A stretch of 64,000 nt of DNA from an uncultured delta proteobacterium (lineage in GTDB: Bacteria > Desulfobacterota > Binatia > Binatales > Binataceae). Below, piece by piece: positions 1 through 9,518 of the stretch. The stretch lies in contig CAWJET010000002.1 of NCBI GenBank assembly GCA_963842085.1, positions 928,001-992,000 on the forward strand, written 5' to 3'. Below the pieces are notes generated by a model. It had not been told where the DNA came from and made no database searches. It saw only the letters and a list, made by a program, of their open reading frames with translations. The stretch's first letter is position 1. The number at the start of each line of letters is the position of its first letter. The position numbers and the translations under genes were made by a program.

Positions 1-427
1 AGTTCGAGATTCTGTGCCGTCGCGCCGTGGACTGCCTTGAGCGAGATCGTGGAATCGAAAGTGGCCAGGCGGCCTTTGTTCGAGACCTAAAGCTCGAGCA
101 GATAAACGTCCGTGAGTTGCCGATGACCCTGAACGTGATTCCATCGAAAGCGTCCGGGTTCGCGCACACTCACCGAGTCCGGCCAGAAAACATGCTGACG
201 ATCCGCGCAGAAGGTCCGCGGGCGCGCGGCCGCATCTTCGGCCGTCGTGCGGCGGCCGGGAGAGGACGGGGATTGGACAATGCGCGCATCAGCGCATTCT
301 CCGTGAGCGGACAAGTCGCCCATCTGCCGGTCCGATTGCGCCCAAACCACGCGATCGCGGCCTCGTGATGGATACGCGCGGGATCGAACAGCGCAACCAC
401 GACGTTTACGTCGAGCAGAGCGATCAC
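1..427 (-). pseudogene. vapC: VapC/PIN-domain toxin pseudogene (frameshift plus in-frame TAG), runs off the window start
   Basis: The N-terminus ALLDVNVVVALFDPARIHH..WATCPLTENALMRALSNP (ORF 170-427) continues in another frame as HVFWPDSVS..VQGHRQLTDVYLLEL*. After the TAG at 87-89 it reads VSNKGRLATFDSTISLKAVHGA, a typical PIN C-terminus. Confidence 0.85.
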
Positions 428-429
428 GC

Positions 430-657
430 CTAAGGTTCGTCGCGGAGCCGGTTGACGATCTCCGGTGTGACGATCCGCGCTCCTCGCTGCTTCGGCAGGA
501 CCGGCACACCGTTACGCTTGTGCGCAGAGCGGCCACGGGGCGCGAGTGCGCTGCGGGCCAGCTCGGACAGGACACGTCCTGCCGTAGTTCCCCGCCTCGC
601 CGCAAGCTCCTTGGCGCTCTCCAGAACGTCCTCGTCGATATCCAGGGTCGTACGCAC
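430..657 (-). CDS. VapB/CopG-type (RHH) antitoxin
   Basis: MRTTLDIDEDVLESAKELAARRGTTAGRVLSELARSAL..RNGVPVLP..VTPEIVNRLRDE; GTG start at 657; directly upstream of the PIN gene. Confidence 0.85.
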   Translation of the reverse strand: MRTTLDIDEDVLESAKELAARRGTTAGRVLSELARSALAPRGRSAHKRNGVPVLPKQRGARIVTPEIVNRLRDEP

Positions 658-663
658 TTCGCC

Positions 664-692
664 ATCATCACGCATCAAGCATCAGACGTCAA
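664..692 (-). promoter_or_regulatory. Probable promoter/operator of the first vapBC pair
   Basis: Minus strand TTGACG followed by TGATGC direct repeats, ending a few nt before the GTG start. Confidence 0.45.
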
Positions 693-835
693 AGGCGCAG
701 GCGCGCCCCTCGATACAGCTACCCTCCCGAGCGGCATCGTTCCTTCGACGCCCATTCGTGTTTTGTTCTCCTGAACTAAAGTAGGGGATTATCCGGGTCT
801 TGACTAACACGCGCACACGCGCTAATGTCTGATGC

Positions 836-1765
836 ATGACGAAAACAGACAAGCACCAGCCGCGTTTTGTGCGACAGATGACCCTCAGCGAGTTCGACGC
901 GCTGTTCCCTAATGAGAACGCATGTCGCACTTATCTGCTCTTGCGGCGCTGGCCCGCTGGCCCGAAGTGTCCGCGCTGTCAGAATGATCACGTCTACGAA
1001 AGCACTGCGCGTCCGTGGCACTGGCAGTGCATGAAGTGTGGACCTAAGCCGCGCTCGCCCTATCGCTTCGCACTCACGACCGGAACGATCTTCGAGGAAT
1101 CGAAGAAGCCGCTGATCATGTGGTTCAAGGTTCTGCATCTGATGGTTACGTCGAAGAAGGGAATCAGCGCACTCCAGATTCATCGCATGCTTGGAACCGG
1201 CTCGTATCAGACCGCGTGGTATATGTGCATGCGTCTGCGCGCCGGAATGAAAGACCCGGAGTTCCGGCAACTGATGGGGATCGTTGAAGTCGACGAAACG
1301 TTCATAGGCGGACTCAATAAAAATCGCCATCGAAAAGATCGGATCAAGGGTGCTGGCGGTCCGGGGTCCGGTAAGATCACTGTAGTCGGCGCAATCGCTC
1401 GCAAGGGCAACCTCGTCTGCAAGATGGTTGAGCGCACGGACACGGAATCCCTCACTGGATTCGTCCGCGAAGTTACCAAGGCGCACGCCACGCTGGTCAT
1501 CACGGACGAATGGCGCGGCTACGACGCGATCAGTATTTACAATCGCGAGCATCAGTTCGTCCGGCATACCGCTGGCGAGTACGTGCGCGGCAACATCCAT
1601 ACGCAGAGCATTGAGTCGTTCTGGTCGCTGCTCAAGCGCGGCGTGATCGGAACGTACCATCACGTCAGCAAGAAATATCTGCCACTCTACCTGAATGAGT
1701 TTCAGTTCCGATTTAACAACCGAAACGAAGCCGATATTTTCGGCAAGGCGATAGCAGGATGCTGA
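836..1765 (+). CDS. IS1595-family DDE transposase (zinc ribbon + ISXO2-like domain)
   Basis: CPRC..WQCMKC zinc ribbon; VEVDETFIGG, ITDEWRGY and HTQSIESFWSLLKR catalytic motifs; KYLPLYLNEFQFRFNNR tail. Confidence 0.95.
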   Translation: MTKTDKHQPRFVRQMTLSEFDALFPNENACRTYLLLRRWPAGPKCPRCQNDHVYESTARPWHWQCMKCGPKPRSPYRFALTTGTIFEESKKPLIMWFKVLHLMVTSKKGISALQIHRMLGTGSYQTAWYMCMRLRAGMKDPEFRQLMGIVEVDETFIGGLNKNRHRKDRIKGAGGPGSGKITVVGAIARKGNLVCKMVERTDTESLTGFVREVTKAHATLVITDEWRGYDAISIYNREHQFVRHTAGEYVRGNIHTQSIESFWSLLKRGVIGTYHHVSKKYLPLYLNEFQFRFNNRNEADIFGKAIAGC

Positions 1766-1843
1766 GACACGAACACTGGCGAATGTCTCAGCTATCTGAG
1801 AACGTCGCCAGCGAGCCGATTCAATTGGAGTTTGCATTTCCGG

Positions 1844-2398
1844 TCAAAAGACTGCCTCTACGGTTACAACTGTCCCTACGATTGGACCGTCGAACACGAT
1901 GAGCGCACTGCGCGAGTTTTTGTCTTTGATTTCGTGCATGGGGAGCATTGCCCCATTCCCGTCTATGCGAAAATCCTTAACCGCGATGGCTTTGTCGAAG
2001 ACCACAAAGAGATATACGGCATTGCTAAACACTTGATTGGAAATGGGCCGACCCTGCGAATCCTTCATCGTGGCCCGACTTATCGAATTTATTGAGACGT
2101 AATTCGCAACGTTTAATTTTGTAATGGGTTGGGAATTGCCTAATTCGTTATACTGAATTTGAAGTTTGGTCGGCGTGTTACCGGCAAGTCCGTCGGATGG
2201 GGGCGCAAAGTACGGTTGCACCCAAATAGCGACCGCAAGGATCGCCATCACAGTCATCGGCCAGTATCGAACCGCACTTCGCAACCTGCCCTGCCAATTA
2301 ATCGGCGGCACGGCTGGTCCCTGTTGGGCAAAAATTCGATTGCCCTGCCAAAGCAGGTAAAGCGTCGCCGCATCTACTATGTAACGCTCGATATCCAT
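1844..2398 (-). CDS. Hypothetical membrane-anchored protein (IS passenger)
   Basis: 184-aa ORF, lower GC than the flanks, hydrophobic segment YWPMTVMAILAVAIWV, upstream GAGAGGG; lies inside the IS TIRs. Confidence 0.6.
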   Translation of the reverse strand: MDIERYIVDAATLYLLWQGNRIFAQQGPAVPPINWQGRLRSAVRYWPMTVMAILAVAIWVQPYFAPPSDGLAGNTPTKLQIQYNELGNSQPITKLNVANYVSINSISRATMKDSQGRPISNQVFSNAVYLFVVFDKAIAVKDFRIDGNGAMLPMHEIKDKNSRSALIVFDGPIVGTVVTVEAVF

Positions 2399-2479
2399 CG
2401 ATCCCTCTCAGGGTGGGATTTCCCCTTGAGGCAGCGTAGTGTGCTTGACGGCACGCGGCCAGCCGCGCAGACTGACGGC

Positions 2480-2704
2480 ATGAGCAGTCCTTACGCTCAA
2501 AAGATTCTGTTCTTTTTCTGTCGCAAGTGCGGCGACTACCACGAGAAAACACACCCACACTACAAGGCGCAGAAGCAGCGTTCCTATCGTCGCCGCAAGG
2601 CGAAAGAAAAAAGCGCCAACGCAGTAGGAGAGGGGGCAACCAACCACGCTGGCGCGGAACCCGGAGGATTCCATCCCGACCATAAGTCGCAACCGCACTT
2701 GTAG
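2480..2704 (+). CDS. Small basic Cys/His-containing protein (IS passenger)
   Basis: MSSPYAQKILFFFCRKCGDYHEKTHPHYKAQKQRSYRRRKAK; CxxC..HxxxHxH followed by a basic helix. Confidence 0.4.
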   Translation: MSSPYAQKILFFFCRKCGDYHEKTHPHYKAQKQRSYRRRKAKEKSANAVGEGATNHAGAEPGGFHPDHKSQPHL

Positions 2705-2827
2705 CAAGCCTAATCTGACGCGCTCGTAGCGGAGGTTCGTCCAGCTCTGGCCCACTATCCGAATCATGGAGGGATCGTTACATAATCCCGTCTGATAGTC
2801 TAGAGCCGGATAATCCCCCAAAAGTAC

Positions 2828-2843
2828 TGTTTCACGTGAAACA
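2828..2843. other. parS centromere-like site (ParB binding)
   Basis: Perfect palindrome TGTTTCACGTGAAACA, identical to the canonical bacterial parS consensus. Confidence 0.9.
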
Positions 2844-3138
2844 TTTTCGCCTTAAGCCCGAGCAGATAAGCCACTTTTTCAGATATGGGCGAAAATTCGC
2901 TGCAATTTGAACAAGACGATCAAGAGGAAATAGCCGCGGCTTCAGGACGACACAAAAGGTGAGCGGCAGCTCGCGCCCTGGCTGCGTTCGTTCGGCCCTG
3001 GAGCCACTTCCGGCGCGGCATTTTTATGTCGCCGCTGGCATCTGATTGTCGTCAGACCACCGCTCAGCTCGCTTGCAACGAGCCCAATCATTCGAGCACG
3101 CGGCACGGAACTTGAATTTTGAGCGATGGGGCGAAGCT

Positions 3139-5211
3139 ATGAATGAAGACGGGACTTCGAAGCGCCGGCCGGTGAGATCGGTTCGCGCCGGTGCCCGCGC
3201 GAGCGGCGACGACACCTTCCGCATGCTGCTCGAGTCGGCCCCGGATGCGATGGTGGTCGTGGGTAGCGACGGCCGAATCACACTGGTCAATGCGCAGACC
3301 GAAAAGCTCTTCGGATACGCGCGCACCGAGTTGGTCGGCAATACGATAAATATGCTGGTGCCGGCGCGTTTTCGCGACAAGCATTCACAGCAGCGCCTCG
3401 GATACTTCGCAGGTCCCAAAGTGCGCGCGCTGCACTCCGGTCTGGAGCTCTGCGGTCTGCGCAAAGATGGCACCGAGTTTCCGGCTGAGATCAGTTTGAG
3501 CCCGATTGAAACCGGGGAAGGAAAGATCGTCGTCAGCGCGATCCGCGACCTCACCGAGCGCAAGCGCGTCGAGGACGAGGTCAATCGCGGGCGCGTAGCG
3601 CGTGACCTTGCCCTCGAAACGGCCCGCCTCCGATCGGAATTCCTGGCCAGCATGAGCCACGAGATTCGGACGCCACTGGTCGGAATCATCGGGACCGGAG
3701 AGTTGCTGTCCCGTTCCGATCTGACTCCCGAGCAGCGCCGGCTGACTGAGATCATTCGATCGAGCGGCGAGCTGCTGCTGACCGTCGTCAACGACATCCT
3801 CGACTTCTCGAAACTCGCAGCCGGCCGGGTCGTGCTGGAAAAGCTCGACTTTGACCTCGTCGAGCTGACGGAGAATCTAATCGATTCCTTTGGGGCGGCC
3901 GCTCGCAGCAAAGGGCTCGAGCTTGCCATGTATGTGGACTTGAATATGCCAACCGGCTTGCGCGGGGATCAAAACCGGCTGCGCCAGGTTCTCAACAACC
4001 TGGTGGCAAATGCGATCAAGTTCACCGAGCACGGCGAGGTGACGGTCCGCGCCGCCAGGGTCGAAGACACGGCCGACGACGTGCTCGTGCGGTTCGAAGT
4101 AATCGACACCGGGATCGGAATTCCGTTCGAGGCGCAGGGGCGCCTGTTTCGGCCGTTTGTCCAGGCGGAAAGCTCGACCAGCCGGCGCTTCGGCGGCAGC
4201 GGACTCGGCCTCATGATCGCGGCCAGGCTGACGGAACAGATGGGCGGGAAAATCGGATTTGACAGCGAGCCCGGAAAAGGATCGAACTTTCATTTCACGG
4301 CCCGACTCGAGAAGGGAGCGGGAATTGTTCATCCCTGGATGAATACGAGCGCGATTTCAGGCTTCAACGGAATGCTCGCGATCGTCGTCAACGACAGTCC
4401 AGCCAGTCGCGAGGCCATAAGCGAATACCTGTCGTCGTGGGGAATTGAAAACGTGGCGGTCGGCAGCGGAGCCGAAGCGCTGGAGATGCTGCAGCGGAAG
4501 CCGGCCGGCGGCAATGGGCAAATCGTCGCGCTCATCGATGAGCAGACGCCTGACATGGGCGCGCTCAGGCTCGCGCGCGCAATCAAGGAGCGTTGCGGCA
4601 AGGAACTTAGCAAGGTGATCATGTTCAGCGCGGAGAGCGCCGGCAGGACTGCGAGCGAAGCTGTCGATGCGTGGATTATAAAGCCGGTGCGCCCGTCGCA
4701 CCTTTTCAGTTGTCTGCTGGAGATATGCGGAGACGCCGATCGCCCTGTCATAGAGCAAGTCGCGGCCGCACCGCCCGGCCCGATTAGCCATGAACCGCCG
4801 GCCTGGCGCAAGGCCGTGCGGGTGCTGCTGGTGGACGACAACCTGGTGAATCGAACCGTAGCAGCACAGCAGCTTTCCGTCCTCGGTTACCACGCTGAAG
4901 TTGTCGACAGTGCGCAGCGAGGGTTGGAGATCGTAGCGAAGGGAGGCTGCGATATTGTGCTGATGGACTGCGAGATGCCGGAGATGGACGGTTACGAAGC
5001 AGCCGCGGAGATCAGACGGCGCGAAGGAACCGCGCGGCACACCGTGGTGATAGCGCTTACCGCGCACGCGACCGAAGACGATTGCGCGCGATGCCTCGAC
5101 GCCGGGATGGACGCCTACCTGAGCAAACCAGTAAGGCTGCAGGCGCTTGCCGAAATGCTGGACACCTCGGTACGTGCCAAGCTCAACGATATCGCCACTT
5201 CGGAGCAGTAG
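3139..5211 (+). CDS. Hybrid sensor histidine kinase (PAS-HisKA-HATPase-REC-REC)
   Basis: PAS LLESAPDAMVVV..RKDGTEFPAEISLSP; H-box FLASMSHEIRTPL; N/G boxes NLVANAIKFT, DTGIGI, GGSGLGL; receiver IVLMDCEMPEMDG..YLSKP; start codon uncertain. Confidence 0.95.
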   Translation: MNEDGTSKRRPVRSVRAGARASGDDTFRMLLESAPDAMVVVGSDGRITLVNAQTEKLFGYARTELVGNTINMLVPARFRDKHSQQRLGYFAGPKVRALHSGLELCGLRKDGTEFPAEISLSPIETGEGKIVVSAIRDLTERKRVEDEVNRGRVARDLALETARLRSEFLASMSHEIRTPLVGIIGTGELLSRSDLTPEQRRLTEIIRSSGELLLTVVNDILDFSKLAAGRVVLEKLDFDLVELTENLIDSFGAAARSKGLELAMYVDLNMPTGLRGDQNRLRQVLNNLVANAIKFTEHGEVTVRAARVEDTADDVLVRFEVIDTGIGIPFEAQGRLFRPFVQAESSTSRRFGGSGLGLMIAARLTEQMGGKIGFDSEPGKGSNFHFTARLEKGAGIVHPWMNTSAISGFNGMLAIVVNDSPASREAISEYLSSWGIENVAVGSGAEALEMLQRKPAGGNGQIVALIDEQTPDMGALRLARAIKERCGKELSKVIMFSAESAGRTASEAVDAWIIKPVRPSHLFSCLLEICGDADRPVIEQVAAAPPGPISHEPPAWRKAVRVLLVDDNLVNRTVAAQQLSVLGYHAEVVDSAQRGLEIVAKGGCDIVLMDCEMPEMDGYEAAAEIRRREGTARHTVVIALTAHATEDDCARCLDAGMDAYLSKPVRLQALAEMLDTSVRAKLNDIATSEQ

Positions 5212-5280
5212 ATGCCGCCGGGATTACTGCCGGGCGCTCGTCGGGCGCGGTGGACGGGGCGGCGGGTAGATGTAGCTATC

Positions 5281-6147
5281 ATGCCGCTCGATTCGTCAAT
5301 CGTAGGGAGCGCGGGTGCGCCAATGGTCAGCGAGATCGATTCGCGCTGGACGATGGCGTATGCAGCCGCGCTCGGCGACGCGGTGCCCTGCTACATGGAC
5401 ACCGTTCGCGGCGTGACTGCGCATCCGATGTTCCCGGTCTGCTTCGAATGGCCGGTGCAGGTCGCGATGCGCGCGCAGTTCGAGAAATCCACCTCGCTTA
5501 CGCGCGACGAGGCGATGCGCGGCGTGCACGCAACGCATGACACGGTGCTGTATCGCGCGATTCGGCCGCCCGAGCGGCTGACGACGCAGCTCACGGTCGC
5601 TGGAGTCGAGCGGCGCAAGCCGGGCGCGTACATGCTCACGCGGCTGGACACGGTCGACGACGCAGGCAAGCCGGTTTGCACGAGCTGGTATGGCGCGATC
5701 TATCGCGGCGTCGAGGTCAAGGGGCCCGATATTCCCGCGAAGCTTGCGCCCGCACCGACTCAACCGATCATCGAGGACGGCGAACCGCTGTCGGAGTGCC
5801 AGGTCGATGTGCCGGCGGGCATGGCGCACGTCTACACGGAGTGCGCGCGCATCTTTAATCCGATACACACGGACGCGTCGGTGGCGCGCGCGGCGGGATT
5901 GCCCGAGATCATCCTGCACGGGACCGCGACGCTTGCACTGGCGGTGTCGCGAATAATCGAGAGCGAAGCGGGAAGCGATCCGGCACGAGTGGAAAGAATC
6001 GCGGCGCGGTTCGGCGCGATGGTGACGATGCCCTCGACGCTGACGATGCGCGTGCTCGCACGCGAAGGCGCGATCGTATTTTTCGAGACGTTGAGCGGCG
6101 AGGGCCGCCTTGCGATCCGCGACGCGATGGTGGTGTTGCGCGCGTAA
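5281..6147 (+). CDS. Double hot-dog MaoC-type dehydratase/hydratase
   Basis: N-terminal hot-dog (YAAALGD..AHPMFPV..VHATHD) and C-terminal FNPIHTDASVARAAGLPEIILHGTAT motif. Confidence 0.85.
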   Translation: MPLDSSIVGSAGAPMVSEIDSRWTMAYAAALGDAVPCYMDTVRGVTAHPMFPVCFEWPVQVAMRAQFEKSTSLTRDEAMRGVHATHDTVLYRAIRPPERLTTQLTVAGVERRKPGAYMLTRLDTVDDAGKPVCTSWYGAIYRGVEVKGPDIPAKLAPAPTQPIIEDGEPLSECQVDVPAGMAHVYTECARIFNPIHTDASVARAAGLPEIILHGTATLALAVSRIIESEAGSDPARVERIAARFGAMVTMPSTLTMRVLAREGAIVFFETLSGEGRLAIRDAMVVLRA

Positions 6148-6264
6148 GACCGATCAAACTGACGGCGGCGATTCCTTCTTGTGCTGAAGTCGCAGCCGCG
6201 GAACCCATCGCGGCACCTGTCGGCAATAGCTTTCGTACTCCGCACCGAGACCAAGGAGACGGTA

Positions 6265-7497
6265 TCAGGATTCGTCGGAGGGCTTGACGGCGCGGAACTG
6301 GATCAGCAGTGCGATGTCGTAGATGGTCTTGAGCGCGCCCGCGCAAATCAGCGGCCATCCGAACGACGAACTATTCAGCATCGCGCCCGCCGGCAACGGC
6401 GCAAGCGCCGCCGCCAGGCTGCGCGGCACGTTGGTGACAGTGGCCGCGGCCGCGCGCTCTTCGGGCGGCACCACCGCCATCACGTAAGACTGCCGCGCGG
6501 GAACGTCCATCTGCGACATCGAATAGCGCAGCAGCAGAAATGCCATCGCCAGCGCCGGCGTCGGCACCAGCGCGGCGACGATCAACATCGCGTTCGACGG
6601 CAAATGGCTGAACACCATGGTGTTGATGCGCCCGAAGCGCGCCGCGAGCGCCGACGAAATGAATTGTGAAAATGAGCCGAGCAGTCCAGCGAAGAAGAAA
6701 AACGTACCCGCCAACTGGACCGAGATGTCGAAGCGGCGGAACAGCCACAGCGCCAGCAGCGACTGAATTACGAATCCGCCACCGAGCGAGTCGAGGCTGA
6801 ACAGAGCCGCAAGCCGATACACGATTGCCCGCGACTTGGCCAGCGGCGCGCGCTGGCCGGGCTGGCGCTCGACTTCGATGGCCGGGGAAAGACGCCGGTA
6901 GAGCGCAAACGCAAGCAGCGCGATGGCCGAGTAGGCGACGAAGCCCGACCGCAGCGCCGGCGCGAGCGCCCATCCGTGGCGCGCCGCGAGTATCGCGGGC
7001 ACACCGCTGGCGAGCGCACCGAACGCACCCGCCATCGCGCCCGCGACGTTGTACGCCGCGAACATCGCGGTCAGATCGCGCGGCTCGGCGGCCTCGGCCA
7101 GCGCCGCCTGCTCGACCGGCAGAAACAGGCTCACATCGCCGGCCGAAGGATTCAGCGTGCCGACGACGGCGACGACGAACAGCAGCCAGAAGCTGGTCGT
7201 GGTGGCAAATCCAATTCCCGTCGCCAGCATCAGCGCGCACGCCGCCATCAGGACTCGGCGCCGGCCCAGCCGATCGGTTGCCAGCCCGACCCACAGCGTC
7301 AGCGCCGCGGAGCCCAGCAGCGTGCCGAACACGATTGCGCCGACCCGCAGCGGATTGAATCCGATCGCCGTCAGGTAGCCCGGCAACAACACGCTGACTG
7401 CGCCGTCGGCAAGGCCGCGGAGCGCGCGCGTCGTCAGCAAAAGCCGGGCGTCGGCGGTAGCGCTCTGCGGGAACCATCGATTGATAGGAGCCGCCAT
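6265..7497 (-). CDS. MFS transporter
   Basis: About 12 hydrophobic segments; DRLGRRRV motif A; SQMDVPARQSYVMAVV. Confidence 0.9.
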   Translation of the reverse strand: MAAPINRWFPQSATADARLLLTTRALRGLADGAVSVLLPGYLTAIGFNPLRVGAIVFGTLLGSAALTLWVGLATDRLGRRRVLMAACALMLATGIGFATTTSFWLLFVVAVVGTLNPSAGDVSLFLPVEQAALAEAAEPRDLTAMFAAYNVAGAMAGAFGALASGVPAILAARHGWALAPALRSGFVAYSAIALLAFALYRRLSPAIEVERQPGQRAPLAKSRAIVYRLAALFSLDSLGGGFVIQSLLALWLFRRFDISVQLAGTFFFFAGLLGSFSQFISSALAARFGRINTMVFSHLPSNAMLIVAALVPTPALAMAFLLLRYSMSQMDVPARQSYVMAVVPPEERAAAATVTNVPRSLAAALAPLPAGAMLNSSSFGWPLICAGALKTIYDIALLIQFRAVKPSDES

Positions 7498-7547
7498 GAT
7501 GTCGCAGAAAACCTAGCCTCATGCGGGAAGGGGAACAATCGCGTTGA

Positions 7548-7890
7548 TCAGTTTTTGATACAGCTGAGATCGGCGAGAACAGTATCTCGCGCCGCGGGTA
7601 GTGCATCGAAGTCACTCGTGATGCGAAGCCCTCTCACCGGAACTCGATCGATCAGAGAATGAAGCGCCTGGAACTCCCGGCTGAGCATCGCATTGTCGCT
7701 GATGTCCAGTCGGTAGGTGGAGCGCAGCAGCTGGGCAAAGCTCTCGCGTGCGGAGGTTTCTTCGATTCTTGGTGCTTCCCGAGATCGAGCATCGTCCTGT
7801 TGTGAAACGTCGCGAGTCAGAGTGTAAATCGCGACGAGCGGAGTCGGTCGCCTGGGGAACGCCGTCGACCGCCCGAAGAAATCCAGCCGA
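7548..7890 (-). pseudogene. 5'-truncated remnant resembling the C-terminus of HPr-kinase-like proteins from PqqD/nucleotidyltransferase clusters
   Basis: Open minus frame without a start reads LRLDFFGRSTAFPRRPTPLVAIYTL..APRIEETSARESFAQLLRSTYRLDISDNAMLSREFQALHSLIDRVPVRGLRITSDFDALPAARDTVLADL*; family assignment by recall. Confidence 0.5.
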
Positions 7891-8280
7891 AGACCGTTTA
7901 AGGGTCGTTTGTAGTGGATCAGCGTGTAACGCTATCGTACGTACTTTATAGACGCGAACGCATCGTATGACAAGCTCAACGGCAAACGAAGAAAATTCTT
8001 GCCACCGCGGCGGTTGGCCCGGAGACGGCGTTGAAGTAGGAGTAAGAGAGCCGGGTTGAGGGCATCCTCATCGCCGCGCGGTGGTCTTCCAACTGCTGGT
8101 CATGCTGTGATTACAAATCTTACATCCTTGCTGACACCGGCTGACGAGAAGTTGCTTTTCGCGCACTCTGTGTCAAAGGCGAGGGTGCAGGCGCATGCCG
8201 ACGGCAACGCAATTCGCGACGCGGCCTGCGAGCCAGCGCGCCCTGGGCTCGTGCGAGTGGAGTCGGAGGACAGCCGCTAG

Positions 8281-9492
8281 GTGGCGCCCGACGCTCTTCT
8301 CGACCATTCCGGCTTGTCCGCAGAAGCGGCGCTCGTGCTCTGCTGCGCGACGACTGCGGCGACTCCTGCGCGCACGGCGCTTGCCTCCGAACTTGTCGCG
8401 CGCGTGCGCAGTTGGGATAGCGTCGTCGACATTGCAAAGCGTCACGCGGTGCTGCCGCTGGTGCATCGGTACTTGAACCTCGAATGTCAGACTGCGACTC
8501 CGGACGAGGCGCTGGCGAAGCTGCGAACCCAGTGGCAGTTGATCATCCTCTACGACCGCCATCTCACAGCCGAGCTTGTACGCTTGATGGGCCTGCTGAA
8601 GGCGGCTGGAATTCCCGCGATCACCTTCAAGGGGCCGGTGCTTGCCGCGATGGCATACGGATCGATCGAACTTCGCCAGTTCGTCGATCTGGACATTCTG
8701 GTGCGTCAGACCGATCTGCCCCGGGTCGCCGAAATACTCACCGCCGAACGGTACCTGTCGCCGCATACCAGGCGCGAAGGCCTCGCGACCAGCTACTTCC
8801 AGGAATCCGAGGATGCCTTCTTCAGGCCCGACGGGATGGGCGCAGTGGACGTCCACTGGAAGATCACGCCCCGCTCGTTCCGCTTCGCTCCTGACGAGGA
8901 AACCTTGTGGCGTCGCATGCAAACGGTCGAGCTGGAAGCCGGCACCGTGGCCGCGCTCGCACCCGAGGACCTGCTGCTGTACCTCTGCGTTCACGCTGCC
9001 AAGCATGGATGGGTCACGCTCGAGTGGATCTGCGACGTTGCGGAGACCATTCGCGCACGGCCGCGAATCGATCTGATGGAGATACTCGAGGAAGCGACCG
9101 CGCTCGGCAGCCGCAGGATGTTCCTGACCGGCATCTACCTGGCGCGCGAGCTGGTCGATGCGCCTGTTGCCGACGGGCTTGTCGCGATCGCTCGCGGCGA
9201 CCGCGCCGTCGCGGCCTTGGCAGCGCGCGTCGCGAACCGGCTGTTCAGCGGTGCCGCGCAGGGGCGCGCACATTTCGATCCGTGGGCGGTTCCGCTCCGC
9301 TCAATCGAGGGGGGGCGCGCGCGAATGCATTACATCGTGCGCAGGATGCTGGCGCCAACAATGGGCGACTATGAACTCATCCCGCTGCCGACAGCGCTGT
9401 TCCCGCTCTACTGGGTCATTCGGCCGTTTCGGATGGCGATGCAGTACGGGCCGCGCCTGATCCGCGGCTCGTCGAGCAACTCGAACGCCTGA
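8281..9492 (+). CDS. Nucleotidyltransferase family protein (NTP_transf_5-like)
   Basis: GIPAITFKGPVLAAMAYGSIELRQFVDLDILV; VDVHW; LLLYLCVHAAKHGWVTLEWICDV. Confidence 0.88.
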   Translation: MAPDALLDHSGLSAEAALVLCCATTAATPARTALASELVARVRSWDSVVDIAKRHAVLPLVHRYLNLECQTATPDEALAKLRTQWQLIILYDRHLTAELVRLMGLLKAAGIPAITFKGPVLAAMAYGSIELRQFVDLDILVRQTDLPRVAEILTAERYLSPHTRREGLATSYFQESEDAFFRPDGMGAVDVHWKITPRSFRFAPDEETLWRRMQTVELEAGTVAALAPEDLLLYLCVHAAKHGWVTLEWICDVAETIRARPRIDLMEILEEATALGSRRMFLTGIYLARELVDAPVADGLVAIARGDRAVAALAARVANRLFSGAAQGRAHFDPWAVPLRSIEGGRARMHYIVRRMLAPTMGDYELIPLPTALFPLYWVIRPFRMAMQYGPRLIRGSSSNSNA

Positions 9493-9518
9493 GCGCCGCT
9501 ATTTTCTGGTGGAATAGT

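Larger units (their letters stand above)
784..2818 (+). mobile_element. IS1595-family element (~2035 bp) with passenger ORFs
   Basis: Left TIR GGGGATTATCCGGGTCTTGACTA (784-806). The right TIR (2796-2818) reverse-complements to GGGGATTATCCGGCTCTAGACTA (21/23 match). Flanking 8-bp direct repeats are CTAAAGTA (776-783) and CAAAAGTA (2819-2826). Confidence 0.9.

Noticed and set aside
87-89. In-frame TAG in vapC as possible recoding (pyrrolysine/readthrough)
   Set aside because: The gene also has a frameshift, and TAG is used as a normal stop elsewhere in the window.
776-1837. 353-aa minus-strand ORF over the IS
   Set aside because: Antisense to the transposase, no recognisable domain.
8056-8280. 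74-aa ORF abutting the nucleotidyltransferase as a possible RiPP precursor
   Set aside because: No lasso-type leader/core pattern, TTG start, and no PqqD, peptidase or cyclase gene nearby.
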